From NCBI GenBank assembly GCA_963799845.1, contig CAWCYI010000004.1, positions 864,001 to 928,000 on the forward strand: a stretch of DNA of 64,000 bases, given 5' to 3'. A program made the position numbers and the translations under genes. Positions within the stretch are counted from its first letter, which is position 1, and each line of letters starts with the position of its first letter. Source of the DNA: an uncultured Nitrososphaerota archaeon. Its GTDB lineage: Archaea > Thermoproteota > Nitrososphaeria > Nitrososphaerales > CADDZS01. This document shows positions 40,913 through 51,101 of the stretch, piece after piece. The notes beneath the pieces are model-generated. The model searched no databases, was not told where the DNA came from, and saw nothing but the letters and a program-made list of their open reading frames with translations.

Positions 40913-42123
40913 CCGGTTGCTTTCTTGATAGATTGATCCAAATCGAAGATCAGATCATCTACGTCTTCCAATCCGACCGACAATCTGATCAATCCGTCAG
41001 TAATTCCCGCGTCCAGTCTTGCCTTTTTACTCATCGCCGCGTGCGTCATCGTGGCGGGATGAGTGACCATCGATTCTACGGCCCCGAGGTTTTCAGCGAG
41101 AGTGATTAGGGATAGACTACTCGCAAACTTCAAACCCGATTTGACCCCTCCCTTCAATTCGAAGGCGAGCAGTCCCCCATGCCCGTGAAGATGTTGTCTT
41201 CTAGCAATTGAGGCCTGCGGGAAACTGTCGAGTCCGGGGTACAATACCTTCGTGACCTTTGGATGGCCTTCGAGATACTCAGCAATGATTTGGGCGTTCT
41301 CGCAGTGCCTTTTCATCCGAACATCCAAAGTCTTCAAGCCTCGAATTGTCAGCCATGCATTGAAAGGAGACTGTATCAATCCCATCGCGTTCTGGATGTA
41401 CTTTAGATCCTCATGGTCTTTTTTGGTCTTGGTGACGATCGCTCCCCCGACAGTCGTATTGTGACCCTCGATGAACTTGGTAGTGCTGTGGAGAGTAATG
41501 TCGGCGCCCAAATCGAGAGGGACTTGAAGTGCTGGCGTCAGGAACGTGTTGTCAACCACGAGCTTTGCCTCCCCCTTGATTTCAGATACTGCTTTGATAT
41601 CGGTAAGTTTGAGGGTGGGATTTGCGGGAGTCTCGACAAAAATCAGTTTGGTCCTTGGAGTGATGGCCTCCCTGACAGCTTCAACGTCTCCCGTGTCCAC
41701 ATACGAAAACTTTAGTCCAAATCTCGAAAGTATCATATTGCAGAGCCTCGGCGTCCCACCGTAAACGACGTTCGAAATGATTGCATGATCTCCCTGACTT
41801 AGCAAGGCGAATACTGCGGTTATGGCTGACATTCCTGTTCCAAAGCAGGCGCCACCTTCGCCTTTTTCCAAGATACTCAGGTTATTTTCAAGAACCTGGA
41901 CGGTTGGGTTCCCCGTTCTGGAATAGGTAAATCCTTTATTGACTCCGACCGCCTGCTGGGCGTAAGTTGTTGTCTGGTAGATCGGAAGGGAAATTGCTCC
42001 CGTTGTTGGATCGGGAAACTGCGCTGCGTGAATTGCCTTGGTCGCAAAACCAGTTTCCGAGATCGAAGTCTGTTTCTTCTTGGTTGTTCTCTTTTCTGTT
42101 GTCTGTTCTGTCATCACTAACAT
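40909..42123 (-). CDS. Cystathionine gamma-lyase/synthase (PLP transsulfuration enzyme)
   Basis: YSRTGNPT, ETPANPT, VDNTF, HSTTKFIEGH, IRLSVGLED. Confidence 0.93.
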   Translation of the reverse strand: MLVMTEQTTEKRTTKKKQTSISETGFATKAIHAAQFPDPTTGAISLPIYQTTTYAQQAVGVNKGFTYSRTGNPTVQVLENNLSILEKGEGGACFGTGMSAITAVFALLSQGDHAIISNVVYGGTPRLCNMILSRFGLKFSYVDTGDVEAVREAITPRTKLIFVETPANPTLKLTDIKAVSEIKGEAKLVVDNTFLTPALQVPLDLGADITLHSTTKFIEGHNTTVGGAIVTKTKKDHEDLKYIQNAMGLIQSPFNAWLTIRGLKTLDVRMKRHCENAQIIAEYLEGHPKVTKVLYPGLDSFPQASIARRQHLHGHGGLLAFELKGGVKSGLKFASSLSLITLAENLGAVESMVTHPATMTHAAMSKKARLDAGITDGLIRLSVGLEDVDDLIFDLDQSIKKATG

Positions 42124-42132
42124 CCATTTGCC

Positions 42133-43145
42133 CTAATTAAATTCCCCCACTGACGGAGTTTTGTCCAAAAAGCCGTTTTTCGCCATCCACTCGTCGTTGT
42201 AGACGGTCGAGAGATATCTCTCACCAGTATCTGGTAAAATGACTACGATGTTATCATTTAAACGAAATCTTGGTGCAATCTTGAGGGCAGCGAAAACGGC
42301 TGCTCCCGAAGAATCCCCGGCAAGTATACCCTCTTCCCTTGCGAGTCGTCTCGCTGTAAGAAAAGCATCCTTGTCTGAAACAGTCACCCATTCATCCACA
42401 ACGTTTGGCCAAAGAGTCTTCGGAATAAAGTCATAACCGATACCCTCAACTTTGTACGGATGATCTACCCCTCCAGAAAGAACAGAACCTTCCGGATCGA
42501 CACCGATAATTCTTATTCCTGGAGCGAGCTTTTCAGCTGGGTACCAGCACCGCTGATAGTCCCTCCCGTGCCGACGCCTGCAATCAGCGCAGAAATTTTC
42601 TTCCCCTTCAATTGATTGAAAATTTCATAACCCGTCTTCAAATGGGCTCGGGTGTTGGCTTGATTGTTAGTCTGATCCAGGAATACCGCATTTGGTCTCT
42701 CTCTAACTATTCTTTTGGCTACTTCGGAATAACTGTTCGGATCAGAGTGAGGGAGGTTCGGAGTAACGATTACTTCGGCCCCGTATGCCCTAAGAAGTGT
42801 TTTCTTCTCGGCGCTCATTTTGTCGGGAATCGTGATCACAAGCTTGTAGCCTCTGGATGCACAAAGTGAAGCAAGTCCGATCCCCGTGTTTCCGGAAGTC
42901 GCCTCAACGACCGTGCTCTCCCCGGGTTTCAATATACCAAGCTGCTCGGCATCCTCAATCATTGCAAGGGCGCAACGATCTTTTACACTCCCGCCCAAAT
43001 TCTTCAATTCAAGTTTGGCATAAACCGTGGCTTCTACTTGATTTGGAATAATTCGATTCAGCTTGACTATTGGAGTATTTCCGATGTTCTCTGCCAGAGA
43101 GTTGCTCCTCGACACGTTCGAAATAGTTTCCTGCTGCGTGGTCAA
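42133..43145 (-). CDS. Cystathionine beta-synthase/cysteine synthase family, frameshift at about 42531
   Basis: IGNTP, GGSVKDR, EATSGNTG, PDKMSAEK, GVGTGGTISG; +1 A restores KKLAPGIRIIGVDPEGS..VEGIG..LAREEG..LPDTGERYLS. Confidence 0.9.
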
Positions 43146-43302
43146 TTCGAATTACGACCAGTTTCCAAAAGCAGTAGTTGAATTAGATTGAAAGCTATAT
43201 TCCTTTAAGAATATATTAAAGCAAAAATATTCTTGCAATACACGTGGTAGAATTTCAGAATTGGATTCTTGCTTCGATGAACTAGCCATCACTAGACTCC
43301 GA

Positions 43303-44172
43303 TCATTCGGGCTTTGTAGTATTTCTGAGTACCCCGATTCCCTCGATCTTCGCTTCGAGAACATCGCCTACCTTAAGAAAGGGGGCTCCCGAGAATGCGG
43401 CAACACCAAGGGGTGTTCCCGTTGAAATGATGTCGGCAGGGAGAAGTGTTACCCCAGCAGATACGTATTCGATGAGATCATCAATCTTGAACACCATTTC
43501 GCCTATCTTGGATTTCTGTCGTTCAATCCCGTTGACTGAGAGCGAGATTTCAGACGAATATGGATCGGTTAACTCGTCTTTAGTGACTAACCACGGTCCC
43601 AGAGGGAAGGCAGTATCCAGTCCCTTGCCTTTGACCCAGTTTTGTCCCAAGTAATTTTGCTGGGCCGGTTTCTGTAGATCTCTGAAACTGATGTCGTTAG
43701 AAATAGTGTAACCAGCAACGTAGTCGATTGCCCGTTCCTTCGAAATATTCTTGCCACGCTTTCCAATCACAACGGCGAGCTCGACTTCCCAATCAACCTC
43801 TTTTGAGATCTTCGGAAGCAAGATTGAATCTTCGGGGCCGATCAAAGCGTTGTGAAACTTTGTAAAGAAATAGGGTTCCGTCGGAGGACTGACGTTATAC
43901 TCCTTTCCGTGGGAAACGTAGTTCACGGCCGCGCAGTATATCTTCTCAGGATGGAGAACTGGACTCGTGAGCTTTACGGATTCTATTGGTAGTCCTTCCT
44001 TGCGTGTAATTTCTGATAGCTTATCGTGTACAAATCCAATGGAATCGCTCGACAAGATTTGATCGACGCTCTGGAATAGAGTTCCAGAGTGGTCGCTAAT
44101 TGGAAATATTTTGGAGTCCCAGACCAGTCCGGCTCCAGTCAAGGAGTTAACAATGTAATTTGCGAGTTTCAA
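43303..44172 (-). CDS. Fumarylacetoacetate hydrolase family protein
   Basis: KIYCAAVNY, DWEVELAVVIGK, NDISFRDLQ, DIISTGTP. Confidence 0.93.
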   Translation of the reverse strand: MKLANYIVNSLTGAGLVWDSKIFPISDHSGTLFQSVDQILSSDSIGFVHDKLSEITRKEGLPIESVKLTSPVLHPEKIYCAAVNYVSHGKEYNVSPPTEPYFFTKFHNALIGPEDSILLPKISKEVDWEVELAVVIGKRGKNISKERAIDYVAGYTISNDISFRDLQKPAQQNYLGQNWVKGKGLDTAFPLGPWLVTKDELTDPYSSEISLSVNGIERQKSKIGEMVFKIDDLIEYVSAGVTLLPADIISTGTPLGVAAFSGAPFLKVGDVLEAKIEGIGVLRNTTKPE

Positions 44173-44315
44173 TTAAGCCAAGTCTCCGGATTCTCGTTGT
44201 TGCGCTCAAAAGTGTTTTTGTCTTGATTCGCGGGATCATGTTAGAGTTTTATTCGATCAGTCACTTTCGGATAAGCTTGTAAGGAAGTAAAATTCTGGGA
44301 AATATTCGATATGTC

Positions 44316-45212
44316 ATGAGCAAACCGACCGAACATATTGGATTTATTGGGCTGGGAATAATGGGAAAGCAGATGGCGTCGAACCTGATGCGGCGGGGTT
44401 ACCAGTTGACGGTTTTCAACAGGAGCAAGAAATCTGTGAGTGAGCTTCAATTGCAGGGTGCGAGCGCCGCAAATAGCCCTCAGGATGTCGCGAGCAAGTC
44501 AGACATTGTTATTGACATGGTGACCGACGCGCCGGATGTGGAACAGGTTCTCCTCGGTGAAAATGGTGTACTCTCCGGTTCCAAGGAGGGACTGGTGGTC
44601 ATTGATATGAGTACGAATTCGCCCCAGATGGCCCAGTCTATTTTTACCAGACTAGAAAAAAGTGGGGTCGAGTTTCTGGATGCTCCTGTCACGGGCGGCG
44701 ACAAGGGGGCCAGGGAGGCAACACTGACAATCATGGTCGGTGGGAAGAGGGAAGTCTTCGATCGGTGCAAGCCGGTTTTTGATGCGATGGGCAAGGAGAT
44801 CGTGTACATGGGAAGTTCCGGATCTGGGCAAGCCATGAAGCTCTGCAACCAGACGGCCGTTGCGATTCATACCCTTGCAACTTGCGAATCTCTTTTGCTC
44901 GGTTCCTCGGCAGGGCTGGACTTGAAAGATGTGCTCAGGGTGCTGACCTCCGGCGCTGCTAATTCGTGGAATCTTACCAATCTGGGGCCGAAGGTGGTGC
45001 AGAGGGATTACGAGCCCGGATTCAAGGCAGCCCACCTGCTGAAGGATCTTCGCTACGTAATTCAGCTCTCGGAGAAAAATCACCTGACATTACCTGGAAG
45101 CTCCACAGTTTACCAGCTGTTCAACTCGATAATGGCTGAAGACCAGGGAGAAAAGGGGACGCAAATCCTCGCGAAAGTACTTGAGAAACTCGCCGCGCGC
45201 GAAATCAAGTAA
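44316..45212 (+). CDS. NAD(P)-dependent beta-hydroxyacid dehydrogenase (3-hydroxyisobutyrate DH/tartronate semialdehyde reductase family)
   Basis: IGFIGLGIMG, DAPVTGG, GSGQAMKLCNQ, KDL. Confidence 0.93.
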   Translation: MSKPTEHIGFIGLGIMGKQMASNLMRRGYQLTVFNRSKKSVSELQLQGASAANSPQDVASKSDIVIDMVTDAPDVEQVLLGENGVLSGSKEGLVVIDMSTNSPQMAQSIFTRLEKSGVEFLDAPVTGGDKGAREATLTIMVGGKREVFDRCKPVFDAMGKEIVYMGSSGSGQAMKLCNQTAVAIHTLATCESLLLGSSAGLDLKDVLRVLTSGAANSWNLTNLGPKVVQRDYEPGFKAAHLLKDLRYVIQLSEKNHLTLPGSSTVYQLFNSIMAEDQGEKGTQILAKVLEKLAAREIK

Positions 45213-45312
45213 ACCTGATGCAAAATATCAATCCTCTTTACATTCCCAAATCTGTACGGGCTAGTCGCCATCATAATATATTCGCGGGATTATTGTCTGG
45301 AGCGGACTAAAT

Positions 45313-46318
45313 TTGGCTCTTGGAGTAGATGTCATCGGGTTCGGAGCGATTGGAAGAGAATTGGCAAAGAGAGTTGCGAGCGACGAGGCGCTGAAAAAAT
45401 CGTTCGTAATTTCGTCAATCACAGATTCCAGCGGTACGGTATATCCCAAGACGCCGTCGGATGTTTTGAAAGCTGTCGAGTGGAAATCTGGCGCCCCGGG
45501 GAAAAGTCTTGACGCGTCTGGAGTCGATAAAAAATCTGGAAAGGGCGCGCAGATAGCCGTCGATGTCACGACCAGCGATTACAAGAAATCAGAGGAGGCA
45601 AAGAAGCGAGCTGACTGAAATTCTGGACTCCGGCAGGCATTTCGTAACAGCCAACAAGGTGGCGCTGGCCTACTATTGTCCTGAGATTTTTGAGCTCGCG
45701 AGGAAAAAGAAGCTAGTAGTTGGATATGGCGCGACTATCTGTGGAGGGGTGCATGCGATAAGCGTGGCAAAGAGGATTTCGAGAGCAGAGATCCAGTCTG
45801 CGAGCGCGGTCTTGAATGCCTCCACCACCATGATACTCTCCATGCTTGAAGATGATCACTCGCTCACTTTTGATGACGCGTGCAAAAAAGCCGCGGAGAC
45901 GGGGGTGCTAGAGAAAGACTGGAGCGTTGATCTAGACGGCATCGATGCTGGTGCGAAGAGTGCGATACTTGCGAACGTGCTTTTTCCAGAATCAAAGTAC
46001 TCGCTGGGTGACGTCGCGATCAGGGGAATCAGGGATGACAAGGCTCAGGCGGTTATAAGGTTCGTCACCCAGAAGAAGAACTCAGACGAGAGGGTCAGGC
46101 TCGTCTCCGAGATCACGAGAGAGGGTATCTCGGTAGAGCCGAGGACCGTGCAGAAAGATTCACCCCTCGCAGTAAGCGGCGGTTTCAACATTGTCTTGTT
46201 CAACACGAAAACCCTGGGTGAAATATCCGTCCGTAATTTAGGCGCGGGTGTTGAGCTGACTGCTTCGGTAATCATTTCAGATCTCAAAAACATAGAAAAC
46301 TTTGAGAAAAGGAGTTAG
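45313..46318 (+). CDS. hom: Homoserine dehydrogenase-like protein, frameshift at about 45608
   Basis: IGFGAIG, HFVTANK, ATICGG, DLDGIDAGAK..ILAN, GAGVELTAS. Confidence 0.75.
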
Positions 46319-46324
46319 TTTGAA

Positions 46325-47032
46325 TCAATTTGATGTTGTGACCTCGATCTCTCCAGTCATGAAAGGATGATACTTGCAGTAATAGTTGTACTCACCGCTC
46401 TGCGGAAAAGAGAAATTCCAAGCTTCATACTGACTGAGAGTTGGAGAAACCATCGAGATACCGCTTGAGAAATCAACATCGTGCGATCCGTCGTCGGTCG
46501 GGCTGAGTATTCCGTTCAACCGTAACCAAGTCACTGTTGAGCCTTCAGTGACGGTGAGGTTTTGAGGAATGAAACTCGTACCTACCGTAACTATGAGATA
46601 TTTTACAACTTTGATCGAGACGCTCTGCATGTAATTAGATTCTCCGTTTGAGGCTTCAATTGTAATCGAGTAGCTTCCGGGCAGAGTTGTATTGAGCGCT
46701 TTCAGCTGGAGCATAACGGCCATTGGAGTAGCGCTGGAAACCACGAGCGGTAAAAATCTAGCGGTAAGTCCTTGTGGTGTCGAGGCACTAAAGGTGAAGT
46801 TTCCTGAAACACCTGCCGGCGGATTGAAAATTACTGAATAGTTGATTGATTGAAGGTCGGATGATGCAAGAAGAGCTCCGGGGAATGATAGCTCTAGAAC
46901 CGCTGAAGGTTCTTTCGTTTGGGTTTTGGTTCCAAAAGGATTCAGGAAAATGAGCGATACGCCAATCGCGAATACTACGATGAGAATACACAAGACCAGG
47001 GCAGTCGATAATCCGGATTGGATTTTCCGCAA
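46325..47032 (-). CDS. Membrane-anchored cupredoxin (plastocyanin/azurin-type C-terminal domain)
   Basis: FIPQNLTV..G.TVTW, HDV, YYCKYHPFMTGEI type-1 Cu ligands. Confidence 0.85.
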   Translation of the reverse strand: MRKIQSGLSTALVLCILIVVFAIGVSLIFLNPFGTKTQTKEPSAVLELSFPGALLASSDLQSINYSVIFNPPAGVSGNFTFSASTPQGLTARFLPLVVSSATPMAVMLQLKALNTTLPGSYSITIEASNGESNYMQSVSIKVVKYLIVTVGTSFIPQNLTVTEGSTVTWLRLNGILSPTDDGSHDVDFSSGISMVSPTLSQYEAWNFSFPQSGEYNYYCKYHPFMTGEIEVTTSN

Positions 47033-47218
47033 ATGCCCTTTCTAATTGACAAGCCTTAGAATCTGAGCTAATAATAACTGCTTTTCCAGTGATGTTGGAA
47101 CGGCTGCCTGCATCAACTATCTCCATATCTTGTTAACGAATGTATTGAATTCTTCTGAAAATACTACCTCGAAATCCTTAAGGAATGCGCTAAACCTGCA
47201 TTAATCTTGGAATCCTGA

Positions 47219-48217
47219 ATGAGCGAGAAACTGATAATAGCGTCATTTTCAGGCGCTGGCAGCATCCCCAATCTCTCAAGAGAGGGTAAGCCGCGGGACA
47301 AGGGCCTGACCTTTGCAGTTGATGATTTGAAGCTTCTCGATAGGGATTACTTTTTGCAAACTGCCGAATACATCGACTGGATCAAGATCGGCCAAAGCCT
47401 TCCTTTGCTTCTCGATCGCTCGAAACTGATTGAGAGGATACGATTCTTTCACGACTCTGGAATGAAGGTGCAGAGCGGCGGGACGCTAGTACAAGTTGCG
47501 TACAAGAAGAAGATTCTGCCACAGGTACTGGAGCGCCTGAGAGCGTTGGGATTTGACACTGTCGAAATTAGTGAATCCGCAACCGACATCCCGCGGGAAG
47601 CTAAAGAGGAAATCTTGAACCTAATTAGAAAACTCTCCATGGATTATGTCTTCGAAGTCGGGAAAAAAGATCCGGCAAGACCACAGTCAGTCTCTTACCT
47701 GATATCCAAGGTAGAAGAGGCGATCGAGCTGAAGAGCCCTAAGGTGATCATCGAAGCAGGTAACGGGATGGGAGTCGGCATATTTGATTTGCAGGGAGAG
47801 ATCGTCTGGGACAGTCTAAACGAAATTGTCGGACGATTCGGTCCTCCCAGCTTGGTGTTCGAGGCACCGCTTGAGTCCCAGAGGATTGCGCTGACATTGG
47901 AGTTTGGTCCCAACGTGAACCTCGCCGGGATTCTTGTGAATAACGTTACCACGCTCGAGATGCAGCGGCTCGGCCTAACAGCGGAAACGCTCGGAGTCTC
48001 CCCTCCTGTTCAGAGCGTTCAGGGATCTCCAGCTTCAAAGTTCGTGTACCACCTCATAAAATCGGAGCACCCCATCGACCAGCAGGCATTGATCCAGAAG
48101 TCCGGTCTTCCAAAGAGGACGCTTCAGGCAGCTTTGAGATACTTAGTCGAGGGTGGATTCGTCCGCGAAGTTCCCGACATGTCTGACCTGCGCAGACACA
48201 AGTACACCCCGAAGTAG
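47219..48217 (+). CDS. ComA (phosphosulfolactate synthase)-like TIM barrel fused to a C-terminal wHTH
   Basis: KPRDKGLT, GGTL, EVGKKD, FEAP, FGPNVNL; tail SKFVYHLIK..QQALIQKSGLPKRTLQAALRYLVEGGFV..DLRRHKY. Confidence 0.8.
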   Translation: MSEKLIIASFSGAGSIPNLSREGKPRDKGLTFAVDDLKLLDRDYFLQTAEYIDWIKIGQSLPLLLDRSKLIERIRFFHDSGMKVQSGGTLVQVAYKKKILPQVLERLRALGFDTVEISESATDIPREAKEEILNLIRKLSMDYVFEVGKKDPARPQSVSYLISKVEEAIELKSPKVIIEAGNGMGVGIFDLQGEIVWDSLNEIVGRFGPPSLVFEAPLESQRIALTLEFGPNVNLAGILVNNVTTLEMQRLGLTAETLGVSPPVQSVQGSPASKFVYHLIKSEHPIDQQALIQKSGLPKRTLQAALRYLVEGGFVREVPDMSDLRRHKYTPK

Positions 48218-48269
48218 CACTTAACGAAAGCAAATGTGAAAAGGAGTAGACAGTTCTCTATTCGATATC

Positions 48270-48788
48270 ATGTCATTCAATGTTGTGAGAAAAAAAGCAC
48301 AGTTTTATCCCGGAGACGCTCCTCCCGCTTCAATTTGCCTGTCCTCGTTTGCCGTCGTGCGCCACGGGAAGGAGATACTCGCTGGACGGATGGATCGACT
48401 GGACATCTGGCTCGATAGATTTTACGTCAGCCCGACGAACGGGCCGAGCTTTCTCGCGAGCGGAAAATTACTAATCCCGGCATCCCACCTCTTGTGGTAC
48501 GAATCACCGCTTGACGCCGCCGAGAGAGTATTGAAGGAGCAAGCTCTCCTTGATGTACCCAAGGAAAAATTGAAGCTCGTGGATGCGCAGTCGCACCTGA
48601 GACCGTCGCCGGTAGATCCATCAGTGCCACACTGGGACATTTGTTTTGTTTATTCGGTCGAGCTCCCCGCAGGCGAGTTCAAGCAACCAGAATGGTTCAA
48701 AGATTTCGGGTTCAAGTCCAACCTGAGAGCAGACGATTTTACCAGAGGGCACGGCGACGTCCTCGAAGAAGCTGGACTGCTGGGCTAA
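48270..48788 (+). CDS. NUDIX-fold protein
   Basis: PASHLLWYESPLDAAERVLKEQ degenerate Nudix box; HWDICFVY. Confidence 0.65.
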   Translation: MSFNVVRKKAQFYPGDAPPASICLSSFAVVRHGKEILAGRMDRLDIWLDRFYVSPTNGPSFLASGKLLIPASHLLWYESPLDAAERVLKEQALLDVPKEKLKLVDAQSHLRPSPVDPSVPHWDICFVYSVELPAGEFKQPEWFKDFGFKSNLRADDFTRGHGDVLEEAGLLG

Positions 48789-48856
48789 TTAATCGCAACT
48801 ATTGATGCCGCGCAAAGAATAATCAAATTAAGGCAGGGAATTGCGACGGATCTGAA

Positions 48857-49819
48857 ATGAAATCCGCTACAGACTGGTTGCTAGAGGAAGACCAGCCCTC
48901 GATAAGATCTCTCGCGCTCACTCAACTTCTGGAAAAACCTGAACATGATCACGAGGTTAAAACCGCAAAAGAACAGATGACTGAAAGAGGGTGGGCGGCT
49001 GATATCCTTGCAAACCAGGATCCAGAAGGATATTGGGTCAGCAAAGAGAGTCTCTACAAGCCAAAGTATCTGTCAACCAACTGGATGCTTTTGATCCTTT
49101 CTGATCTTGGAGTGACGAAAAAAGATCCTAGAATCGCGAAAGCATGCGAACTCTGGATCAAGGCATTCTCGAAACCGGACGGCGGGTTTGCGATGGAGAG
49201 CTCAAAGGTAGGCCACCTTTGTACCGCCGGCAATACCGCGAGAGCTCTCGTGAAATTCGGGTACGTTGATCATCCCAAGGTGAAGAGCTGCTTTGAATGG
49301 TTTGTGAAAACTCAGGCGAAGCTCGGCGGCTGGTCGTGCTTTGGCAGCGGGCGAAACCTCGATTCCTGGGAAGCGATGAGCGCGTTTGCGGTCTACCCGC
49401 GAGAAAAGTGGACGAAGGGAATGGAGGAGGCCGTTGAGAAAGCCGCGGAGTTTTACCTTGAACGAGAAATGCACATTCAGGGCGACCATTACGAGCCGTG
49501 GTACCGTTTTCACTACCCGGTTCACTATTACTACGACCTGCTTGTTGGACTGGAGTTTATGACGGCGCTTGGATACGGTCGCGACAAGAGACTTCGTCAC
49601 GCGATCGACGTCCTGAAGAAAAAGAAGAGAAAGGATGGCCGATGGAACCTGGACGCTGTTCATCCCGATGTCGAGGGCGGCATCGGCGAATTTTATGCAA
49701 AACACCCGAAGCAGGCGCCTACTCATTTCGCGCTGGAAGAGGTCGGGAAGCCGAGCAAGATGATCACTTTACGCGGCATGATTATAATGAAGAGGCTCGG
49801 GGAAAGTTATCGAGACTGA
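48857..49819 (+). CDS. Prenyltransferase/squalene-oxidase repeat (alpha/alpha toroid) protein
   Basis: QDPEGYW, PDGGF, Q..LGGW and DGRW repeats; FHYPVHYYYDLL..L..L.ALG. Confidence 0.75.
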   Translation: MKSATDWLLEEDQPSIRSLALTQLLEKPEHDHEVKTAKEQMTERGWAADILANQDPEGYWVSKESLYKPKYLSTNWMLLILSDLGVTKKDPRIAKACELWIKAFSKPDGGFAMESSKVGHLCTAGNTARALVKFGYVDHPKVKSCFEWFVKTQAKLGGWSCFGSGRNLDSWEAMSAFAVYPREKWTKGMEEAVEKAAEFYLEREMHIQGDHYEPWYRFHYPVHYYYDLLVGLEFMTALGYGRDKRLRHAIDVLKKKKRKDGRWNLDAVHPDVEGGIGEFYAKHPKQAPTHFALEEVGKPSKMITLRGMIIMKRLGESYRD

Positions 49820-50289
49820 GACGGTAAACGGGAACTGAACTCCGAGGTCCTCTTCTTGAGAGCTCTGAGCTTGCGACTTTCCATTGTTTTTTTCAGGTGA
49901 TGCGCCCTGCATATCGACTGGGTGTTGCTGAGGTCGAACTCTGCACCACCGTCCGCAATCTCGATGATATGGTCAACTTCCCTCGTCCAGGTTCTGCGAC
50001 CCTCCTTCAAGCACGGGACGCAGAGAAAGTGATCCCGCCGGAGCGCGCGCCACCTAGTTGATGCCCACGAGTTTGTGATGTACCTGTACTTTATTTTGAA
50101 TTGTCTCCGACATTTACTGCCGCAGTAAATCCTGCGCAGGTCGTGGAGATCTTTCTGGCAGTACGCGCACTTGTTGTCGATATGAGCCTGCAGCCTCCCC
50201 TCGTTGTACTGGCTGAGTTTCTCCCCATCGACCGTGAAACGTTCTCGCACTGGAGCCAAGTAAACAGTCCTGCATTTCCCTTTTCGCAT
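49807..50289 (-). CDS. HNH endonuclease with Zn finger
   Basis: CAYC..YCGSKC, ALRRDHFLCVPC, EVDHIIEIADGG..NTQSICRAHH..KT; start uncertain. Confidence 0.85.
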   Translation of the reverse strand: MRKGKCRTVYLAPVRERFTVDGEKLSQYNEGRLQAHIDNKCAYCQKDLHDLRRIYCGSKCRRQFKIKYRYITNSWASTRWRALRRDHFLCVPCLKEGRRTWTREVDHIIEIADGGAEFDLSNTQSICRAHHLKKTMESRKLRALKKRTSEFSSRLPSQSR

Positions 50290-50397
50290 TAATATTTTTG
50301 GCACGAAATAGAGTAGATAGGATCCCGTTGAGTTTCCACATTGCATCTTTGGAAAAAGTTTATCACGTGATATCCCGTCCAAGGCGCTCGAAGCTTT

Positions 50398-50850
50398 TTG
50401 GCAAACTCATCCGTTCAGACTATTCGCGTCTCAAAGACGATTAACGCTCCCATGAAATATGTTTTCAATTGGTGCACAGATTTTAGGGAAGACGATCCGG
50501 GATTGACAGGATCCAAGAGTCGGAGGAAGATTTTGGAAAAGACGAAGAAGAGGGCGGTCTATGCTTCCCTGTATACCGGAGACGACGGTAGTCCCAAGAT
50601 CGGCGTCAACATTGTCACTCTGAAATCTCCCGTTTCATGGCACTTGGAGTACTTTGGAGATGATGATAATGAAATCGGGGATTACAAGCTTGTGAGTCTC
50701 GGCAAGAACAAGACGAAGCTCAACATGGTCTTCAAAGAAAAGTGGAAAACCCAAACAATCCCGACTATCGAAGAACAAGTCGAATCGACCGACAAAGTCT
50801 GGGACCAGTACGTCATAGCGCTGGAAAAAGATTACAATTCTGGCAATTGA
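50398..50850 (+). CDS. SRPBCC/polyketide cyclase-like protein
   Basis: IRVSKTINAPMKYVFNWCTDF N-terminus and C-terminal helix. Confidence 0.65.
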   Translation: MANSSVQTIRVSKTINAPMKYVFNWCTDFREDDPGLTGSKSRRKILEKTKKRAVYASLYTGDDGSPKIGVNIVTLKSPVSWHLEYFGDDDNEIGDYKLVSLGKNKTKLNMVFKEKWKTQTIPTIEEQVESTDKVWDQYVIALEKDYNSGN

Positions 50851-51101
50851 CGGCGGGAGTTTCTCGTTCGTCCAGCCATGAAGAGCGCATTACGTCGAAT
50901 GAAAGCGCTCTAAACTGGATATATCGTGAAACGAACTTTAGATCATTCTTGCCGATTTCAATAACACCTAAAAAGGCGTAGTGTGGAAAGTGACTTTCAA
51001 GCCTATATTCAAGAACGGCTAATCGTCTACCAAGAACTCGCGAATAGCTCTGCGAACCTGAAATTCATTCTCGCAGAGCTTGCCTGATCTCACCGGCTCT
51101 T

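Noticed and set aside
12022-46318. Mass pseudogenisation or programmed frameshifting in nine genes
   Set aside because: The genes are otherwise intact, each break is a simple indel, no slippery heptamers are evident and the breaks share an AGCT context; a sequencing artefact is more parsimonious.
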